Shown: one piece after another, positions 58,849-64,000 of the stretch
Layout: each line of letters opens with the position of its first letter
Position numbering within the stretch: position 1 is the first letter of the stretch
From: an uncultured delta proteobacterium
GTDB taxonomy: Bacteria > Myxococcota_A > Polyangia > Fen-1088
DNA length: 64,000 nt
Direction: 5' to 3'
NCBI GenBank assembly: GCA_963767925.1
Contig: CAVYGB010000008.1
Span: 1,184,001-1,248,000 of the forward strand
Notes under the pieces: model-generated
The model's database searches: none
Seen by the model: the letters and a program-made list of their open reading frames with translations, nothing else
What the model was told of the DNA's origin: nothing
Position numbers and translations under genes: made by a program

Positions 58849-59471
58849 CGACGAACAGGAGACCGGCCCTGCGGGTGGGGGTGGCGGGCCCGGTGGGCTC
58901 GGGCAAGACCGCCCTCATGGACGCGCTTTGCAAGCGGCTGCGCGATCGCTACCAGATCGCCGCGGTCACCAACGACATCTACACGAAGGAGGACGCCCAG
59001 TTCCTCATGAAGAGCGGGGCGCTCCCCATCGAGCGCATCGTCGGGGTAGAGACCGGCGGCTGTCCCCACACCGCCATCCGCGAGGACGCCTCCATCAACC
59101 TGGAGGCCATCGATCGCCTGTCCGAGAAGTTCCCCGACCTCGAGATCATCCTCGTCGAGAGCGGGGGGGACAACCTGGCGGCCACCTTCAGCCCCGAGCT
59201 GGCCGACCTCACGATCTACGTGATCGACGTGGCGGCGGGAGACAAGATCCCGCGCAAGGGCGGCCCTGGCATCACCCGCTCCGACCTCCTGCTGATCAAC
59301 AAGATCGACCTGGCGCCCATGGTGGGGGCCTCGCTGGAGGTGATGGAGCGCGACGCCGGGCGGATGCGAGGGACCCGTCCGTTCGTCTTTACCAACCTGA
59401 AAACGCAACAAGGGATCGACGAAGTGGTCGCTTTCATCGAACGAGAAGGCTTGCTTCGCCCGCAAGCCTGA
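58845..59471 (+). CDS. ureG: Urease accessory GTPase UreG
   Basis: [33 protein letters not shown]. Confidence 0.97.
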   Translation: MTTNRRPALRVGVAGPVGSGKTALMDALCKRLRDRYQIAAVTNDIYTKEDAQFLMKSGALPIERIVGVETGGCPHTAIREDASINLEAIDRLSEKFPDLEIILVESGGDNLAATFSPELADLTIYVIDVAAGDKIPRKGGPGITRSDLLLINKIDLAPMVGASLEVMERDAGRMRGTRPFVFTNLKTQQGIDEVVAFIEREGLLRPQA

Positions 59472-59564
59472 GGCCTGTTTACCGAACTTTCCCGGGCAGG
59501 AAATCTGACCGAAACGTCGAGCTGCCATAGTTGCCAGCGCTTCATTTTCAAGGAGGAGCGCGAA

Positions 59565-60938
59565 ATGCGGACTATTGCGAGTGCGACGCTTATGGTGGGG
59601 GCCCTGGGCATGCTGGGCGCCTGCGAGAAGAAGCAGGAGGTACCCGGCACGGCGGCGGCTCCGGCTGCGGCCCAGGAGAGCACCACGGCCAAGGCCGACA
59701 CCGGCCCGATCAAGGTTGGCATCTTGCACTCGCTCTCCGGGACCATGGCGATCAGCGAGACCTCCCTCAAGGACGTCGCCCTGATGGCCATCGAGGAGAT
59801 CAACGAGAAGGGTGGGGTGCTGGGGCGGAAGCTGGAGCCGGTGGTGGTGGATCCTGCCTCCAACTGGCCCCTGTTCGCGGAGAAGGCCCGCGACCTCATC
59901 CAGAACCAGAAGGTCGCCGTGACCTTCGGCTGCTGGACCTCGGTCTCGCGCAAGTCGGTGCTCCCGGTGTTCGAGGAGCTGAACGGCCTGCTCTTTTACC
60001 CGGTTCAATACGAGGGCGAAGAGTCGTCCTTCAACGTCTTTTACACCGGCGCCGCCCCCAACCAGCAGGCGATCCCGGCGGTCGAGTACCTCATGAGCGC
60101 CAAGGGCGGGGGGGCCAAGCGCTGGGTGCTGCTCGGCAGCGACTACGTCTACCCGCGCACCACCAACAAGATCCTCCAGTATTTCTTGAAGTCCAAGGGC
60201 GTGAAGCCCGAAGACATCATGGAGACCTACACCCCCTTCGGCCACAGCGACTACCAGACCATCGTCGCCGACATCAAGAAGTTCGCCCAGGGCAAGCGCA
60301 CGGCGGTGGTCTCGACCATCAACGGTGACTCGAACGTCCCCTTCTACAAGGAGCTCGGGAACCAGGGTCTCAAGGCGGAGGACGTGCCGGTGGTGGCCTT
60401 CTCCGTGGGTGAAGAGGAGCTGCGGGGCATCGACACGAAGCCGCTGGTCGGCCACCTGGCCGCCTGGAACTACTTCATGTCGATCGACAACCCGGTCAAC
60501 AAGGAGTTCGTCTCCAAGTGGCAGGCCTACGTCAAGAAGCACAACCTGCCCGAGGGCGACAAGCGCGTGACCAACGACCCGATGGAAGCCACCTACATCG
60601 GCATCAAGATGTGGGCCCAGGCGGTCGAGCAGGCCCGCAGCACGAACGTCGACGCCGTCCGCCAGGCGGTCGGTTTCCAGGTCGTGCGCGCCCCCTCGGG
60701 CTTCGACATCAAGATGGACGCCAAGAACCACCACCTCCACAAGCCGGTCTTCATCGGTGAGGTGCAGGCCGACGGTCAGTTCAAGGTGGTCTGGAAGACC
60801 GAGGGACCCGTCCAGGCCGCGGCCTGGAGCCCCTTCATCCCCGACAGCGCCAAGAAGGTGGCGGACTGGACCTATCCCTGGGTCTGTGGCAACTGCCTCG
60901 AGCCCAAGTTCCCGGCGCTGGTCCAGGCGGCCAAATAG
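59565..60938 (+). CDS. urtA: Urea ABC transporter substrate-binding lipoprotein
   Basis: Lipobox LGAC, KVGILHSLSGTMAISE, FGCWTSVSRKSV, YPVQYEG, GAAPNQQ; RBS AAGGAGG. Confidence 0.95.
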   Translation: MRTIASATLMVGALGMLGACEKKQEVPGTAAAPAAAQESTTAKADTGPIKVGILHSLSGTMAISETSLKDVALMAIEEINEKGGVLGRKLEPVVVDPASNWPLFAEKARDLIQNQKVAVTFGCWTSVSRKSVLPVFEELNGLLFYPVQYEGEESSFNVFYTGAAPNQQAIPAVEYLMSAKGGGAKRWVLLGSDYVYPRTTNKILQYFLKSKGVKPEDIMETYTPFGHSDYQTIVADIKKFAQGKRTAVVSTINGDSNVPFYKELGNQGLKAEDVPVVAFSVGEEELRGIDTKPLVGHLAAWNYFMSIDNPVNKEFVSKWQAYVKKHNLPEGDKRVTNDPMEATYIGIKMWAQAVEQARSTNVDAVRQAVGFQVVRAPSGFDIKMDAKNHHLHKPVFIGEVQADGQFKVVWKTEGPVQAAAWSPFIPDSAKKVADWTYPWVCGNCLEPKFPALVQAAK

Positions 60939-60941
60939 ACG

Positions 60942-62594
60942 GTGAAAACCCCGGCGCCCGGTCGGATGAAAACTTCGTTCTTACTGGCGCTGGTGGTGGC
61001 GGGCACCCTCTCGGTGCTCGCCGCCCCGGCCGCCCGGGCGCAGGAGACGCCCGACCTGGCGCAGCTCGTCCGGGGGCTGGGGGATAACGACCCGGAGAAG
61101 GTGGCTCAGGCAATCTCCGCGCTCGGCCAGCGGGGAGACGCCGCGGCCCTTCCGGCGCTCGACGCCCTGTACGACGACCGCTTGCGGGTCGGTCCCGACG
61201 GAGCGGTCTTCCTGCTCGAGGAGAAGACCCGGGCCCTGGTGAGGCCGCTCGACGGCGCGCCGGTGGCTCCGGCCCCCGCGCCCCTGCGCAGCGGGGAGAT
61301 GAACAACCAGATTCGACGGGCCATCGGCCCGGTGATCGCTCAGCTCCGGCTGCGCGCCCCCGACCGCGGGATCCGGCTGGCGGCGGCGGAGGAGCTGTCG
61401 CGCCGGGGTGGCGAGTCGGTGCTGCCGCTGCTCCGGGCGGCGCTCGCTCAGGAGACCGACAGCGGAGTCAAGGACGCCCTCTCCCTGGGGCTGGCCCGCA
61501 GCGATCTCCAGCTCGGCGACAAAGCGCGCAAGCTGGCGGCCCTGTCGGTCCTGCAAGACCTCGGCACCGGCGAGGTCAGACCGGAGCTCGAAGCGCTGCT
61601 GCTCCAGACCGGCGGCCGCTTCGCCGAGCCCGACCCCGACCTCCGCAAGGCGGCCGACGCGGCCCTCAGCTCCATCCTGGGCCGGGAGCGCTGGGTGAGC
61701 GCCGCCGGTCACGTCATCTACGGCCTGTCGCTGGCCAGCGTGTTCCTGTTCGCCGCCCTCGGGCTGGCGATCACCTTCGGGGTCATGGGCGTCATCAACA
61801 TGGCCCACGGGGAGATGTTGACCATCGGCGCCTATTCGGCCTTCGTCGTGCAGGCGTTTTTCCAGCGCAATGCCCCGAGCGCGCTCTGGCTCTATCCCCT
61901 CGTCGCCATCCCGGTGGCCTTCGTGGTGGCGGGGGGCCTGGGAGTCTTGCTCGAGCGCACCGTGATCCGCTGGCTCTACGGGCGCCCGCTCGAGACCTTG
62001 CTGGCCACCTGGGGCATCAGCCTGACGCTCATCCAGACCATCCGCCTGCTGTTCGGGGCGAGCAACGTGGCGGTGGAGAACCCCGTCTGGCTGGCCGGTG
62101 GTTACGAGCTCTTCCACGGCCTGGTGCTGCCTTACAGCCGGCTGGCGGTGGTCGTGTTCGTCATCCTGGCAGCCCTGCTGGTCTGGTTCCTCCTCCAGCG
62201 CACGCCCCTCGGCCTGACGGTGCGGGCGGTGACCCAGAACCGGTCGATGGCGGCCTGCATGGGTGTCCGCACCTCGCGGGTCGACATGTGGACTTTCGGC
62301 CTGGGATCGGGCATCGCCGGGCTGGGCGGGGTGGCGCTCTCGCAGCTCGGCAACGTGGGCCCCGAGCTCGGGCAATCGTACATCCTCGATTCGTTCATGG
62401 TGGTGGTGCTCGGTGGCGTGGGCCGGATCGCCGGCACCATCGGGGCCGCCCTCGGCCTGGGGATCGTCCAGAAGATGCTCGAGCCGGTCTCGGGCGCCGT
62501 GCTCGGCAAGATCGCCGTGCTCGTGTTGATCATCCTCTTCATTCAGCGGCGGCCGCAGGGGATCTTCCCCCTCAAGGGCCGGGTGGAGATCTGA
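60942..62594 (+). CDS. urtB: Urea ABC transporter permease with a large N-terminal periplasmic domain
   Basis: GLAITFGVMGVINMAHGE, YGRPLETLLATWG, RAVTQNR, SFMVVVLGGVG, FIQRRPQG. Confidence 0.93.
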   Translation: MKTPAPGRMKTSFLLALVVAGTLSVLAAPAARAQETPDLAQLVRGLGDNDPEKVAQAISALGQRGDAAALPALDALYDDRLRVGPDGAVFLLEEKTRALVRPLDGAPVAPAPAPLRSGEMNNQIRRAIGPVIAQLRLRAPDRGIRLAAAEELSRRGGESVLPLLRAALAQETDSGVKDALSLGLARSDLQLGDKARKLAALSVLQDLGTGEVRPELEALLLQTGGRFAEPDPDLRKAADAALSSILGRERWVSAAGHVIYGLSLASVFLFAALGLAITFGVMGVINMAHGEMLTIGAYSAFVVQAFFQRNAPSALWLYPLVAIPVAFVVAGGLGVLLERTVIRWLYGRPLETLLATWGISLTLIQTIRLLFGASNVAVENPVWLAGGYELFHGLVLPYSRLAVVVFVILAALLVWFLLQRTPLGLTVRAVTQNRSMAACMGVRTSRVDMWTFGLGSGIAGLGGVALSQLGNVGPELGQSYILDSFMVVVLGGVGRIAGTIGAALGLGIVQKMLEPVSGAVLGKIAVLVLIILFIQRRPQGIFPLKGRVEI

Positions 62595-62598
62595 ACCC

Positions 62599-63702
62599 GT
62601 GAAAGCGCTCGCCGGCGTCCTCAAGCAGATGCACACCCCCCGGACCTGGGCGATCCTGCTCTCGCTCTGGTTCCTCCTCACGGTCGGGGTGGCGCTGCTG
62701 AACGCGCTGCCCGCGCCGGGCTCGGCCCTCCACCTGCCCGACTATCTCGTTCCCTTGTTCGGCAAGTTCATCTGCTTTGCCATCGTGGCCCTCGCCATCG
62801 ACCTCATCTGGGGCTACGCGGGGATCCTCAGCCTCGGTCACGGCCTGTTCTTCGCCCTCGGGGGCTACGCCATGGGCATGTACCTCATGCGCTCCATCGG
62901 GGGTGAGGGGGTGTACCGCAGCGCCTTGCCCGACTTCATGGTCTTCCTCGACTGGAAAGAGCTGCCCTGGTTCTGGTACGGCTTCTCCAACTTTCACTTC
63001 GCCCTGGCGATGGCCCTCCTTGTCCCGGGGCTGCTGGCCTTCGTGTTCGGCTGGCTGGCCTTCCGCTCCCGGATCCGGGGCGTGTATTTCTCCATCGTCA
63101 CCCAGGCTCTCACCTACGCAGCGATGTTGCTGTTCTTCCGCAACAACACCGGCTTCGGGGGGAACAACGGGCTCACCGACTTCAAGCGGATCCTCGGCTA
63201 TTCGCTGTCCGATCCCACCACCCGGCTGGTCCTGTTCCTCACCTCGGGCGCGGTGCTGCTGCTCGGCTACCTGGCCTGCCGCTACATCGTCACCAGCAAG
63301 CTCGGCCGCACCTTGACCGCCATCCGCGACGCCGAGGCCCGGGTCCGCTTCTGCGGCTACGACACGAATGACTACAAGCTCTTCGTCTGGGTCTTCTCGG
63401 CCATGTTGTGTGGCCTGGCCGGCGCCCTCTACGTGCCCCAGGTGGGGATCATCAACCCCAGCGAGATGCAGCCGGCCAACTCGATCGAGATGGCGATCTG
63501 GGTGGCGGTGGGCGGCCGGGCCACGCTCTTCGGAGGCATCCTCGGCGCCTGGCTCATCAACGGGGCCAAGAGCTGGCTCACCATCGCCTTTCCCTCGGCC
63601 TGGCTGTATTTCCTCGGCCTGCTGTTCATCCTCGTCACCCTCTTTCTTCCCCGGGGCCTGGTCGGACTGGCCGCCCTGGTCCGCAGGAGGCGCCAACCAT
63701 GA
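62599..63702 (+). CDS. urtC: Urea ABC transporter permease
   Basis: DLIWGYAGILSLGHGLFF, LPDFM, GVYFSIVTQA, AIWVAVGGR. Confidence 0.95.
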   Translation: MKALAGVLKQMHTPRTWAILLSLWFLLTVGVALLNALPAPGSALHLPDYLVPLFGKFICFAIVALAIDLIWGYAGILSLGHGLFFALGGYAMGMYLMRSIGGEGVYRSALPDFMVFLDWKELPWFWYGFSNFHFALAMALLVPGLLAFVFGWLAFRSRIRGVYFSIVTQALTYAAMLLFFRNNTGFGGNNGLTDFKRILGYSLSDPTTRLVLFLTSGAVLLLGYLACRYIVTSKLGRTLTAIRDAEARVRFCGYDTNDYKLFVWVFSAMLCGLAGALYVPQVGIINPSEMQPANSIEMAIWVAVGGRATLFGGILGAWLINGAKSWLTIAFPSAWLYFLGLLFILVTLFLPRGLVGLAALVRRRRQP

Positions 63703-64000
63703 GTGCGTCCGCTCCCACCGCGGCGGCCATCGAGCCGGCCGCCGTGACCAGCCCCGCCGTCGCCACCCCCGTCATCGCCCCGGACAGCACCGCCAGCGCC
63801 AGCACCGTCCAGCAGGCGGCGGGCACCCTCCTCTGGGTCGACGCCGTCACCGTGAGCTTCGACGGTTTCAAGGCCCTCGACGAGCTGAGCCTCACCCTCG
63901 AGGAGCGCGAACTCCGCTGCATCATCGGCCCCAACGGGGCAGGCAAGACCACCCTGATGGACGTCATCACCGGCAAGACCCGACCGGACAGCGGTCAGGT
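63699..64000 (+). CDS. urtD: Urea ABC transporter ATP-binding subunit; partial, runs off the window end
   Basis: ATG overlaps the urtC stop; VSFDGFKAL, IIGPNGAGKTTLMDVITGKTRPD. Confidence 0.9.
   Translation, partial: MSASAPTAAAIEPAAVTSPAVATPVIAPDSTASASTVQQAAGTLLWVDAVTVSFDGFKALDELSLTLEERELRCIIGPNGAGKTTLMDVITGKTRPDSGQ

Overview
A very GC-rich (roughly 70% by eye) bacterial chromosomal segment. The gene content (TIGR04552-type protein, membrane Ser/Thr kinase with TPRs, multi-DsbA protein, Oar-like receptor, atypical HU) points to Myxococcota. It is mostly core and metabolic genes: kdgK-eda, an ABC1 kinase, an Lhr helicase, a queuosine transporter and queC, tRNA-Phe, pcnB, a gshB-like ligase, glnD, ptrB, guaB-guaA, lemA-TPM-TPM, an ABC-F protein, an ALDH/two aminotransferase/CoA-transferase operon, adenosine deaminase, and a complete urease (ureD, fused ureAB, ureCEFG) plus urea ABC transporter (urtABCD, cut at the window edge). 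Many genes carry single-base frameshifts in patches, including guaB and guaA, which looks like long-read consensus error rather than decay. I saw no CRISPR array, prophage, integrase or transposase. The most notable observations are: (1) the TIGR04552-like protein carries all four RelA/SpoT synthetase motifs in order, so it is a candidate divergent alarmone or nucleotide synthetase; (2) a ~430-nt multi-stem intergenic region, a candidate ncRNA, converges on a small Lys-tailed protein with an internal repeat and a strong promoter; (3) a 165-bp CTAG-bounded ERIC-like MITE supplies the adenosine deaminase stop codon; (4) a protein with four DsbA domains is coupled to a TlpA; (5) a probable amine/diamine catabolic operon has a perfect 18-bp palindrome at its -35. 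All family calls come from motif recognition only; no searches were run.
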